Shown here: one piece after another, positions 44,753 through 53,707 of the stretch
How positions within the stretch are numbered: the first letter of the stretch is position 1
Layout of the letters: each line of letters starts with the position of its first letter
Assembly: GCA_048882325.1 (NCBI GenBank)
Contig: JBHLRS010000006.1
Location: forward strand, 32,001 to 96,000
DNA from: Candidatus Thorarchaeota archaeon
Lineage (GTDB): Archaea > Asgardarchaeota > Thorarchaeia > Thorarchaeales > Thorarchaeaceae
Length of the DNA: 64,000 nt
Direction: 5' to 3'
Position numbers and translations under genes: made by a program
Notes under the pieces: model-generated
Databases searched by the model: none
What the model saw: only the letters and a program-made list of their open reading frames with translations
What the model was told of the DNA's origin: nothing

Positions 44753-46312
44753 TTACCAGAGCTGGTCTCGACTCTCTCTTGTTGCCCGTTCCATCTCACG
44801 CATGTTGTGATACGAATCTCTCATCAGATCTCTATATCGCCTGATGAAGTCCTCAGCAACAAGCTGACCACTGCGTAGCATGTGTACTGTATCCCGAATA
44901 GCAGTTTCAATTGACGCAGCATCTCTTCTCAGTGAGTGCATTCTTGGACTCATATCATAAGTGTGACTTGTACTCGGTCTCCTATCATATTGTCCAATAA
45001 CTCGATCGAGCTCCTCTCGGAATGACTCTGGTTTTTGGTAGTAGCTATCGTATGGGTATCGCCGAATTGGTGGTGAATCCAAATCACTGGAACGATGTCT
45101 TGGACCTGGTCGCATCAAAGGCATATCCTCACTATACTGTGACCTGTCATTTGTCGAGAGAAGTGAGTAAACCATTCCCTCAATCTTCAGTCGAACATCA
45201 CTAGTGCCGATATCAGTTTGTTCGATTTTCCTGACTCTCTGCATATCTGTTTGGATGTATTTGTCAAATTTTCTTGCAATCTCGATATAATCAGGTAGGA
45301 CTCTCTTTGTTTGGTCTGAGCATGTTGCTTTAATCTCGCCTTGTTTCAACTTCAACACAAGCCGTTTTCTTAGCCTACCGTCTTCCTCAATGGACTTTAG
45401 ATAGAGGAGGGGAAAATCGAATACCGTTTCCATCTTCTTGCGAACCCTGCCGGTTTCAGCAATGAAGAGGAGTCTCTTGTTCGTAATGTACAGAGTCCCA
45501 AACGCCTTGTCATTTTTCAGAAAATCACTCCCTGCTATCTTAACCTCTGGGAGTGCACAGACAGGAAGCTCACCTACTGCGAGTTGACCGTGCTCGTAGA
45601 ATGTGGTGAATTGTCCCTTGTAATAATCAAGACCATCAAGCTGTCGCCTCACATCCTTTAGTGTTCCTCTGAGGGGTTCAAGTGCCTCGTCAACATTCTG
45701 TTTGTAGTAGATCCCCATTTCTGTAATTCTGTTTGTTATCCCCTCAACGAATGGAAATTGTGCTGGTTTCCATTGTGTATAATCTATGAAATCCTTTGTT
45801 TCTGCAGCCATGCGTTTTGCTATGATTTCAGCTTGACTTGAAATCCTATTCTTGATTGCTGGTAGCTCATTTTGAATTCCTTCAATCTTCTCCTCTATCC
45901 ACTTGTAATGCAGAAAATTAGCCATCCTGAGGGACACAAGTAATCTCTTCGCGCTAGACAGTTTGTTCGTGAACTCTCTGAGTTTTGTATGACCATATTG
46001 GATGGTCATAATGGCATGTCGCATATCAAGGGCCAAGGTTCTTCTTCTATCTTCAAGGAGCACAACTCTCGATGAATGGCATCTTGAACAGATGTCCACA
46101 GTCTTTCTTCCTTTGCTCAGTTCCTCTGATTCACACTGAGGACATTTTTCAAATTTCTCGCCCGGCATTGGAGTACCAAGAATGTGGTGACATTCGCTGC
46201 AAACGGTGTATTCACTAGACCTAGATTCAAGACATCCTGAACACAGTGCAGCACCACAATCTTCGCACATATGAGTAGGCCTTTCAGTCTGACAGGATCT
46301 GCATTGTCCCAT
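44753..46312 (-). CDS. Zn-finger + coiled-coil + PH/GRAM(GLUE)-like + C-terminal steadiness-box-like protein (putative ESCRT-I Vps23/37-related)
   Basis: Six CxxC pairs at the N-terminus, long coiled coil, FGTLYITNKRLLFIA (PH-like), Pro/Arg-rich linker, IETAIRDTVHMLRSGQLVAEDFIRRYRDLMRDSY. Start taken as ATG 46312 (track start is TTG 46330). Confidence 0.8.
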   Translation of the reverse strand: MGQCRSCQTERPTHMCEDCGAALCSGCLESRSSEYTVCSECHHILGTPMPGEKFEKCPQCESEELSKGRKTVDICSRCHSSRVVLLEDRRRTLALDMRHAIMTIQYGHTKLREFTNKLSSAKRLLVSLRMANFLHYKWIEEKIEGIQNELPAIKNRISSQAEIIAKRMAAETKDFIDYTQWKPAQFPFVEGITNRITEMGIYYKQNVDEALEPLRGTLKDVRRQLDGLDYYKGQFTTFYEHGQLAVGELPVCALPEVKIAGSDFLKNDKAFGTLYITNKRLLFIAETGRVRKKMETVFDFPLLYLKSIEEDGRLRKRLVLKLKQGEIKATCSDQTKRVLPDYIEIARKFDKYIQTDMQRVRKIEQTDIGTSDVRLKIEGMVYSLLSTNDRSQYSEDMPLMRPGPRHRSSDLDSPPIRRYPYDSYYQKPESFREELDRVIGQYDRRPSTSHTYDMSPRMHSLRRDAASIETAIRDTVHMLRSGQLVAEDFIRRYRDLMRDSYHNMREMERATRESRDQLW

Positions 46313-46497
46313 TAGTGAATCTTTTGTCAAATGAGTACCTCCGGTCGTCTATTTACATCGAGGAGTTATCCAAGAATAACCCGTGTATTATTCGGGAAAC
46401 ATTGGAGTATCCCTCTTCAAATGTTCAGAAAGTATGTTCAAGCCATATCAGTTATAACCGGCTTGATAGGCTGGAGCTTAAATCAAAGGGGATTTTC

Positions 46498-47883
46498 ATG
46501 GAAGATCTTGCTCAGGCAGCTATTGACACAGCTTTAACGACTGGAGTCAGCTTTGTAGACGTACGAATTGAGAACTCTACAACAACGATAATTGAGCTGA
46601 ATGATGGTATCACCAGACAATCAATGGCCTCAAGAATGAAAGGTGCTGGGATTCGCGCATTCATTGATGGTGCCTGGGCTTTCGCACAAACTACTAATCT
46701 TACTGCTGGTGGCATGCAAGCAACTGGTGAATCAGTAGCTAAGCTTGCTCTTGCTACCTGTGAAAACGTCGAAGAGAAGTTCACAATAGACGGACCGGTG
46801 TTTAATGACCGGGTTAAACTGAATGTAAAGAAACCCTTTGACAGTATTTCAATAGATGAAAAGATGCAATTTGTGCAGATGATTGATGATCAAGCACGCG
46901 ATTATGATGATCGAATCGTTGCGACACGAACAATCTATGGTGAACTGACATCCGAAATTTACGTAGCCAACTCACTGGGAACACATGTATATCTCCAGAA
47001 TGCTATTCCTAGAATCATCACAGTCCCAACAGCCAAAGAAGGTCCTAATCGGCAACGCATTCAACAGTCAATTAGCCTTCGCAGTGGATTCGAAGAAATG
47101 GAAACTGAGGAAGCTCAGAATATTGGTACAAAAGCTGCAAAACTCGCTATTGACCTGCTTTCGTCCAAGACCACAAAGGGCGGAATCTATGATGTCGTGA
47201 TTGATCCAGCACTAAATGGTGTTGTGACTCACGAAGCTTTTGGCCATGCAGCAGAAGCTGACAACTGGCCAGCCCATTCGACTGTCTTAGAAGATAAGAT
47301 TAACGAAGAGGTTGGGCCCGATTATCTCAGCATCAGTGATGACCCAACACTGGCAGGTATGCGAGGATCAACAGAATATGACTGGGAGGGCACGAAGACA
47401 AAGAAACGATTCCTTGTGAAGGATGGAATTCTGACTGACCTTCTTCACAGTCTGGAAACTGCTAGTAGGCTAGAATTAGAAGCAAACGGAGCTGCACGAG
47501 CTCAATCATTCATGCACCCACCACAACCCCGAATGAGCAACACCTTCATGGAACCAAAAGACTGGGATATGGAGGAACTAATAGAGGATACAAAATCAGG
47601 AATTCTTCTTTGCAGTTTTAACTATGGGTATACTCAATCAGCCAAAGGACAATTCATGTTTCAGGCAAGTCATGGATATATGATTGAAGATGGTGAGCGA
47701 GGAACGATGGTTCGAGATGTGTCACTTGCGGGAAATATACTCGAGATTCTGTCTAAAGTCGATGCAATAGGTAAAGACTTCGAGTTGGAGGCTGGAACCT
47801 GCGGAAAAGATGGCCAAAGTGTCCCAACGATGACCGGAGGTCCTCATGCAAGAATCCGACAGGTACCTGTGGGAGGTGTCTGA
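46498..47883 (+). CDS. tldD: TldD-family metalloprotease subunit
   Basis: HEAFGH zinc motif, ISDDPT..YDWEG, PRMSNTF, CGKDGQSVP. Start moved to ATG 46498 to avoid overlap with the divergent gene. Confidence 0.9.
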   Translation: MEDLAQAAIDTALTTGVSFVDVRIENSTTTIIELNDGITRQSMASRMKGAGIRAFIDGAWAFAQTTNLTAGGMQATGESVAKLALATCENVEEKFTIDGPVFNDRVKLNVKKPFDSISIDEKMQFVQMIDDQARDYDDRIVATRTIYGELTSEIYVANSLGTHVYLQNAIPRIITVPTAKEGPNRQRIQQSISLRSGFEEMETEEAQNIGTKAAKLAIDLLSSKTTKGGIYDVVIDPALNGVVTHEAFGHAAEADNWPAHSTVLEDKINEEVGPDYLSISDDPTLAGMRGSTEYDWEGTKTKKRFLVKDGILTDLLHSLETASRLELEANGAARAQSFMHPPQPRMSNTFMEPKDWDMEELIEDTKSGILLCSFNYGYTQSAKGQFMFQASHGYMIEDGERGTMVRDVSLAGNILEILSKVDAIGKDFELEAGTCGKDGQSVPTMTGGPHARIRQVPVGGV

Positions 47884-47884
47884 G

Positions 47885-49234
47885 ATGAAGGAGCAACTTC
47901 TCGAGATTGCAGAGAAAGCAGTTAAGATGGCTGAGAAACTAGGCGCATCACAGGCTGAAGCTTATGTGGGACAATCTAAAGCTTTTGCCATTGAAGCGGA
48001 GAACTCAGCTATCCGGAATGCCGAAGAAAAACAAGATGCAGGAATTGGCATTCGTACTGTTATCAACAAAAAGATTGGTTTTGCATTTGTCACCACTCTC
48101 TCTGAGGATGATGTTCTGGAAGCTGTTACGCGGTCATTTAAGCTTGCTAATGCATCAATTCCAGATCCAGACTTTGTGAGTCTACCATCTGAGGATAAGT
48201 CATACTCAACGGTGAAGGGGCTCTTTGATAAAAACATCGCAGAGTTACCATCAGAAGCCACTGCTGATATGATAATTCGGATAATCAAGGCGTCAAAAGA
48301 GGTCCTTCATGGACGTGATTTTGCGATTTCCGCTGGAGTCCAGAGCTCATCAGGAATAAATGCTGTTGTTAACTCACTGGGAATATCATTCTCGGAGTCG
48401 CGAACATCAATCCTGCTTTACTCATCCCCTGTTGTGAGAGATGACGGTGACCAAACAACAAGTTATGATTTCCAACTAACTAGGGATTTGAGTGAGGTTG
48501 ATCCTGAGCATGTTGGAAGGAGTGCTGGCGAGCTTACACTCAACAATCTTGGACCCAAGATTATTGAAGGTGGCGAAATGCCTGTTGTCTTTGCTCCTTT
48601 GGGCGTGGGTACTGTCATAGGCTATGGATTTGCTGCAGCAGTGTTTGCAGAGGAGGTTCAGAAGGGGCGCTCCTACATCACCGATGCTTTTGGTGACAAG
48701 ATTGCTTCCGAACAGCTTGAGATTGTAGATGATGGATTATTGACAGGAGGATTGGGGTCTCGAACCTTCGATGCAGAGGGATACCCCTCCCAGCGTACAT
48801 CAATTATTGAAAATGGTGTGCTAAAGGGACTTCTTCACAACTCATACACTGCGAACAAGGATGACGTCCCGAACACAGGAAATGCCAGTAGACCCTCATA
48901 TTCAGGACTTCCGTCAATCTCCACTTCAAACTTCATAATCACTCCTGGAACGGGAACTCTGGATGATTTGGTTTCTGAGATTGACAGAGGGGTTCTTTGT
49001 CGGAACACTGCAGACCGACCAAATATGACAACTGGAGATCTCAGTGCTATGCTCTATGAGGGATTCTACATCGAAAAAGGAGAGATTAAACATCCACTAA
49101 AGAATACGCTTGTAGGAATTAACATGCGAGATTTGCTACAACGCATCAGTCGAGTTGGAAGTGACACGAGAACAACTTTAGCAATGATAACCCCCTCAAT
49201 TGTGGTTGAAAGAGCGACAGTTACTTCTGGATAG
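47885..49234 (+). CDS. tldE: TldE/PmbA-family subunit
   Basis: GASQAEAY, SRTFDAEGYP, TGNASR, no HExxxH. Starts 1 nt after the tldD stop. Confidence 0.88.
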   Translation: MKEQLLEIAEKAVKMAEKLGASQAEAYVGQSKAFAIEAENSAIRNAEEKQDAGIGIRTVINKKIGFAFVTTLSEDDVLEAVTRSFKLANASIPDPDFVSLPSEDKSYSTVKGLFDKNIAELPSEATADMIIRIIKASKEVLHGRDFAISAGVQSSSGINAVVNSLGISFSESRTSILLYSSPVVRDDGDQTTSYDFQLTRDLSEVDPEHVGRSAGELTLNNLGPKIIEGGEMPVVFAPLGVGTVIGYGFAAAVFAEEVQKGRSYITDAFGDKIASEQLEIVDDGLLTGGLGSRTFDAEGYPSQRTSIIENGVLKGLLHNSYTANKDDVPNTGNASRPSYSGLPSISTSNFIITPGTGTLDDLVSEIDRGVLCRNTADRPNMTTGDLSAMLYEGFYIEKGEIKHPLKNTLVGINMRDLLQRISRVGSDTRTTLAMITPSIVVERATVTSG

Positions 49235-49235
49235 A

Positions 49236-51143
49236 TTACATTCTGTCCACTAAAGGTATACCGAGTACTGAAAGACAGTTCGCCATCGTCGTCTTGAACG
49301 CGCGGACAAGTGCCAATCGCGAAGCCCTGACATCTTTTTCCGCTTTTAATACAGGACAGGAGTCGTAGAACTTACTGAAGAGATTAGCTACATTATAGGT
49401 ATAAGCTGTAAATCTGTTGGATGTGAAACTTGTACCCCATACGTTCTTCTTGAGAGATCTAGCCACCTCAAGCAGTTCTTCTGGGAGTTGAGATATGGCC
49501 TTGACTAGTGCAAACTCAGCGTCTGAAGAAAGCAAGGTTAGGTCAATCTTTGGTGCGGGTCCCTCTTCTGCTTTTTCTATAATTCTTTGGGCTCTCGCAT
49601 GAGAGTATTGGAGATATGGAGCAGCATCACCATTGAAATCTAGTGCCTCCTCCCATCTGAAGGTTATTTGCCTATCTGGTGATGCGTTGAGCATGAAGTA
49701 GCGTACGGCTCCTACTCCAACCTTATTGGCTACATCGTCCTTGAACTCATCAGATTCGTCCGGGTTCCTCTTGTCAACCTCGACCCTTGCAAGCTCGGTG
49801 GCTTTGTCAATCACATCGTCGGTTGTATATCCAATCCATGTTCCATGTCTTCCAGAGAAATCAGCGTCATCGAGTCCCACGAACTCATATGCGATGTGAT
49901 GTGAGTTGTTGCTCTCTTTCTTATAACCAAGCAAGTCCAAGACCGTGTAGACCATCTTCTGAGGATGCGCTTGGCGAGAGCCAATGACATTCATCACGAT
50001 ATCGAACTTACCCAGATCCAGTTTCTTTCCTTTAAGGTCAGTTCTCATCACAGGCTTGCCATTTGGCTGATTCTCAAATAACGTATATTTGAACGGATCA
50101 TCAATAATCCCAAACTTCCAGAGTTGTAGCGCAACATCTGCACCTGTGTACGTTCTAGTACCATCAGACCTGAAGAGAATCTTATAGGGGTCCTTCATGT
50201 CCTTGAATTCATCAATCACGGACAGGTCCGCGACGATGCAGCCTGCCTTCTCTCCCTCTTCAAGCTTCAAGATGTTCTCTGACTTTAGCATCATCTTCTT
50301 AGCTAGCTCAAGTATTCCACTATGAGCGATTGCACTCTCCCACACCTGGTAATCGTGGTATATCCCTAACCTATACGAGGTTTCATTTTGAGCATTGAGA
50401 CATCTAGTCACCATCTTTGCACTAAGTTTGGCTTCATTGCTATCGAGATTTTCGAGTTTTCTAGAAACCTCTCGAATCTCCTTCTGGACTGAATCATCCT
50501 CATCGAATGCCTTCTGAACCTCTACATAGAGATGACCCAGATAATGGTCATACTTCGTTTCAACCTCTTCATCACCAACCTGCACAAGTTTCCAGATTAA
50601 CTGAGCAATCTGAAGGCCTAGGTCGTTCACATAGTCCAGCCTTACAGCATCATACCCTACCCAGTCAAGGATGTTACAAAGGGTATCTCCAAGAATCGCA
50701 TTCCTTGCGTGACCAATGTGCCATGGTTTAGATGGGTTGACAGCAGGTGACTCAATCAAGGCTCTTTGTCCCTTGTACTCCTCACTTTGACCATATTTGT
50801 CCTCAAGAGTGAGAATGCTTTCCACTGTCAACTTAGCAAGCATACCATGATCTATGAAGAAGTTGATGTAGGGGCCTTTTGTCGATATTTCATGGATTGT
50901 TGGGTTCTTTGATACAAGATCTTCAAGTTGGGAGAGGAACTCACTGACAATAGCTACGGGATTCTTCTTCAATTCCTTAGCCAACGTGAATGCAATCGTT
51001 GAAGCTAGATCTCCCAATGCTGAGTCAGGAGGTATCTCTATTGATCCTGCAGCGACCTCATATGAAACCGAGAACACATTTGACAGCATCCCCACTACGG
51101 TTTCTCTAACTGTATACCAGGGGTTAGTTGAAATATCCGTCAA
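49236..51143 (-). CDS. argS: Arginyl-tRNA synthetase
   Basis: NPSKPWHIGHARNA (HIGH), YVNDLGLQ, RSDGT, FSGRHG, APYLQYSHARA, DALR-type C-terminus ending DRM. Confidence 0.95.
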   Translation of the reverse strand: MTDISTNPWYTVRETVVGMLSNVFSVSYEVAAGSIEIPPDSALGDLASTIAFTLAKELKKNPVAIVSEFLSQLEDLVSKNPTIHEISTKGPYINFFIDHGMLAKLTVESILTLEDKYGQSEEYKGQRALIESPAVNPSKPWHIGHARNAILGDTLCNILDWVGYDAVRLDYVNDLGLQIAQLIWKLVQVGDEEVETKYDHYLGHLYVEVQKAFDEDDSVQKEIREVSRKLENLDSNEAKLSAKMVTRCLNAQNETSYRLGIYHDYQVWESAIAHSGILELAKKMMLKSENILKLEEGEKAGCIVADLSVIDEFKDMKDPYKILFRSDGTRTYTGADVALQLWKFGIIDDPFKYTLFENQPNGKPVMRTDLKGKKLDLGKFDIVMNVIGSRQAHPQKMVYTVLDLLGYKKESNNSHHIAYEFVGLDDADFSGRHGTWIGYTTDDVIDKATELARVEVDKRNPDESDEFKDDVANKVGVGAVRYFMLNASPDRQITFRWEEALDFNGDAAPYLQYSHARAQRIIEKAEEGPAPKIDLTLLSSDAEFALVKAISQLPEELLEVARSLKKNVWGTSFTSNRFTAYTYNVANLFSKFYDSCPVLKAEKDVRASRLALVRAFKTTMANCLSVLGIPLVDRM

Positions 51144-51355
51144 CGATTCTCACCAAGAAACAAGAGACACTCTTCACTGCATCCTCATAAATGAAACGCT
51201 AAGCCAAGCGATTGGCAATCATTTTACATTGGTTTGGGAGTGATACGCAGTTGCGTGCATGAATTTCAAAATGTCAGCTTCAATAAGAATCAAGATTAGC
51301 AAAGGAAATTCAGTTATCAAATAATCAAAAATCCATTTGAACAGTCTACAAAGCC

Positions 51356-51455
51356 TTTATATTGGTTTTTGTGTGCGCATGTGTGTTCGTCCGCCCGTTG
51401 GACGAATCACCAGTGCCACAAAAAGACAAGGATTCTCTCCACGCCAGAGGGAATC
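51356..51455 (+). promoter_or_regulatory. TATA-like box followed by two hairpins in the tfb 5' region
   Basis: tttatatt at about 51356-51363. Hairpins ttcgtcc/ggacgaa (51386-51406) and gattctctc/gagggaatc (51431-51455). Confidence 0.45.
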
Positions 51456-51512
51456 GACGCATTCGATCAATCTACAGCTCTGACCGCAGTGCTACCAACA
51501 AGGTAAGCCTGC

Positions 51513-52481
51513 ATGGAGATGATTGGACTGGCCAGCAGACATTCAAAGACCCAGAAAAAGAGAGAGCGCATTGGTTCGGCCAGCTATGTCTGTTCTGCTT
51601 GTAGCTGCGTTGATGTCTATATTGACCACACACGTGGCGAAGTTATTTGTTCTAGTTGCGGATTAGTTCTTTCAGACCGTTCTATAGATATGGGCCCAGA
51701 ATGGAGAGCCTTTACTGCTGATGAGCAAAATGCACGACAGCGAGTAGGAGGTCCAACAGACTGGAGTAAGTTTGACCAAGGTCTCACTACTACCATCGGT
51801 CGGCAGAATGTTGACGCATCAGGAAGGAAGCTTACTTCAACACGAAGAGCAGAGATTCACAGACTTAGAAAATGGCAGATACGTACCAAGGTTCACTCCT
51901 CTGACAAACGCAACCTTGCAGTTGCGATGACAGAGCTCCATAGAATAAGCTCTCAATTGAGCATCCCGTACTCAATTCGAGAGACCTCGGCCGTGATCTA
52001 CAGGAAAGCCTTACGAAAGAGACTTACCCGTGGTCGTACCATTCTGGGGATGATTGCCGCTTCACTCTATCTTGCGTGTCGTGTTCATCAGGTTCCACGA
52101 CCTCTCGAGGAGATCGTAGAACAGATTCACATCACACGAAAGGAACTTAGTCTCTGTGTTCGACTTATTCTTCGGTATCTGAACCTTAAGATACCTCATA
52201 GCAATCCTGTCGAGTTTGTTCATCGTTTCGGCACTGAACTGGAACTTCCAGGAGAAGCAAAGAAGAAGGCGATTGACATCCTAGAGATGGCAAGGGAGCA
52301 GAGACTAACAATAGGCAAGGATCCCAAAGGAATGGCGGCTGCAGCAATCTACGTTGCTAGTATCCTTACAGGTGCTAGACGGACCCAACTGGAGATTGCT
52401 AGAACCGCACGAGTGACCGAGGTCACCGTGAGGAACCGCTACAAGGAAATGGTGGAGAAGCTAGGCATCTCGACCACTTGA
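51513..52481 (+). CDS. tfb: Transcription initiation factor IIB (TFB)
   Basis: Zn ribbon CSAC..GEVICSSCGLV, GPEWRAF, LRKWQ, two cyclin repeats, GKDPKGMAAAAIY, VTEVTVRNRYKE. Confidence 0.95.
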   Translation: MEMIGLASRHSKTQKKRERIGSASYVCSACSCVDVYIDHTRGEVICSSCGLVLSDRSIDMGPEWRAFTADEQNARQRVGGPTDWSKFDQGLTTTIGRQNVDASGRKLTSTRRAEIHRLRKWQIRTKVHSSDKRNLAVAMTELHRISSQLSIPYSIRETSAVIYRKALRKRLTRGRTILGMIAASLYLACRVHQVPRPLEEIVEQIHITRKELSLCVRLILRYLNLKIPHSNPVEFVHRFGTELELPGEAKKKAIDILEMAREQRLTIGKDPKGMAAAAIYVASILTGARRTQLEIARTARVTEVTVRNRYKEMVEKLGISTT

Positions 52482-52488
52482 GCTACAC

Positions 52489-52522
52489 AGAGGGGGGTTT
52501 ATCCCCTCTCTCTTCCCTTTTT
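52489..52522 (+). terminator. Terminator-like hairpin plus pyrimidine tract after tfb
   Basis: agagggg/cccctct stem followed by ctcttcccttttt. Confidence 0.55.
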
Positions 52523-52579
52523 CAGTCTGTCAAGGTTTATTGCACTTCAGAGAGTACTGAAATTAAGGAAAAGTTTCGA

Positions 52580-52789
52580 ATGTGGGCATTATTACTATTT
52601 CTTGGTGTCGCTGTATTTGCTATTGTAGTCTTCCTAGTGAGTCCGCCAATTCGAAGCAGAAGAGGCCATCGTTCACCAAAAACACGCACCGTGACAAAGA
52701 CACTGCTCAAACAAAGAAAAGAGGAGGAGAAACATCGTATCAGAGAGCGAGAAAAACACCATCGATTGCAGAGATGGCGTAGTTGGTAG
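52580..52789 (+). CDS. Small membrane-anchored basic protein
   Basis: The ATG at 52580 gives the N-terminal TM MWALLLFLGVAVFAIVVFLVS followed by an Arg/Lys-rich tail. Confidence 0.55.
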   Translation: MWALLLFLGVAVFAIVVFLVSPPIRSRRGHRSPKTRTVTKTLLKQRKEEEKHRIREREKHHRLQRWRSW

Positions 52790-52870
52790 ATTTCCGTAAT
52801 TACATATATTTCACTCGTCGTATATAGGCTTATCATCATTGGTTTCAAACTATTGATAGAAAGTGGTACC

Positions 52871-53707
52871 ATGTCAGGGAAACAGACCATACTGGGTGTC
52901 TGGCTAATCGAGCGAGGTAGCGGTAGGAATCTTGTTTCAAGGCGCTATTCTGATGCAGTAAAACTGGACATGGACCTAATTGCACCTTTCTTATCCGCCA
53001 CACACACATTCATAGACAAGGCATCAAATGAAACCCTCAAAACTGTAGATACTGAAACTAATAGATATGTCTGGGAAGCCAACGAGCATCTTCTCTTTGT
53101 AATGGTCGTTTCCAAAGCAGCACGAATTGGACACATGCGTTTCATGCTTGAATATGCCCTCAATGAGTTCATGAGCAGGGAAGTTCCCAAGAACTCCAAC
53201 ATAGAAACAGTATTGAGAAACTGGCTTGGGTCCCCCAACACATTCAAGAAATTTGGAAAATTCATCGACGAACTAGTGACCCAATACGAAGTCACAGATG
53301 AGAGCCTAGTTGCTGGAAAGTCAATGGACTGTCTTGAGGTCTACAGTCACCTCTTCAGGGGAATAATGAAGGTAAAGGGAGGAAAGCAGAAGAAGAGTAC
53401 CATAATCAAACGCATGAAGGGTTGGATGGAGCCCCTTCATGATAGGTATCCATTTCTCCAAGATGTTCCAATAGATACTGCTGGAATCGAGATTCTAGAT
53501 ATTGATGTCAACAGTGTGGCGTACCAGCATCTTAGAGACTCATTGGAGGAACTGCTTCGATTATTAGGAAAAGCTGTTCGTGAGGTTGCAACCCCGAAAG
53601 CATATAGAGATATGATCTTTGACCACGTGATGCCATATGTGAAACACGACATCCAGAGATTGCAGACGTATGCTATCCTAGATGATGTTGTTAGATATCT
53701 CTTCTAA
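52871..53707 (+). CDS. Longin-like N-terminal domain protein with helical C-terminal domain
   Basis: ILGVWLIERGSGRNLVSRRY..DLIAPFLSATHTF..LLFVMVV fits the longin pattern typical of Asgard proteins. ATG 52871 is the likely start. Confidence 0.75.
   Translation: MSGKQTILGVWLIERGSGRNLVSRRYSDAVKLDMDLIAPFLSATHTFIDKASNETLKTVDTETNRYVWEANEHLLFVMVVSKAARIGHMRFMLEYALNEFMSREVPKNSNIETVLRNWLGSPNTFKKFGKFIDELVTQYEVTDESLVAGKSMDCLEVYSHLFRGIMKVKGGKQKKSTIIKRMKGWMEPLHDRYPFLQDVPIDTAGIEILDIDVNSVAYQHLRDSLEELLRLLGKAVREVATPKAYRDMIFDHVMPYVKHDIQRLQTYAILDDVVRYLF

Noticed and set aside
46315-46497. N-terminal extension of TldD in the ORF track (likewise track starts at 34582, 47846, 52478, 55959, 58537, 61610, 62094)
   Set aside because: These are longest-ORF artefacts. 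Internal ATGs fit the family N-termini, SD motifs or gene spacing better.
51362-51604. 80-aa ORF overlapping the tfb start
   Set aside because: It begins at the TATA-like region, overlaps tfb out of frame, and has no recognisable features.
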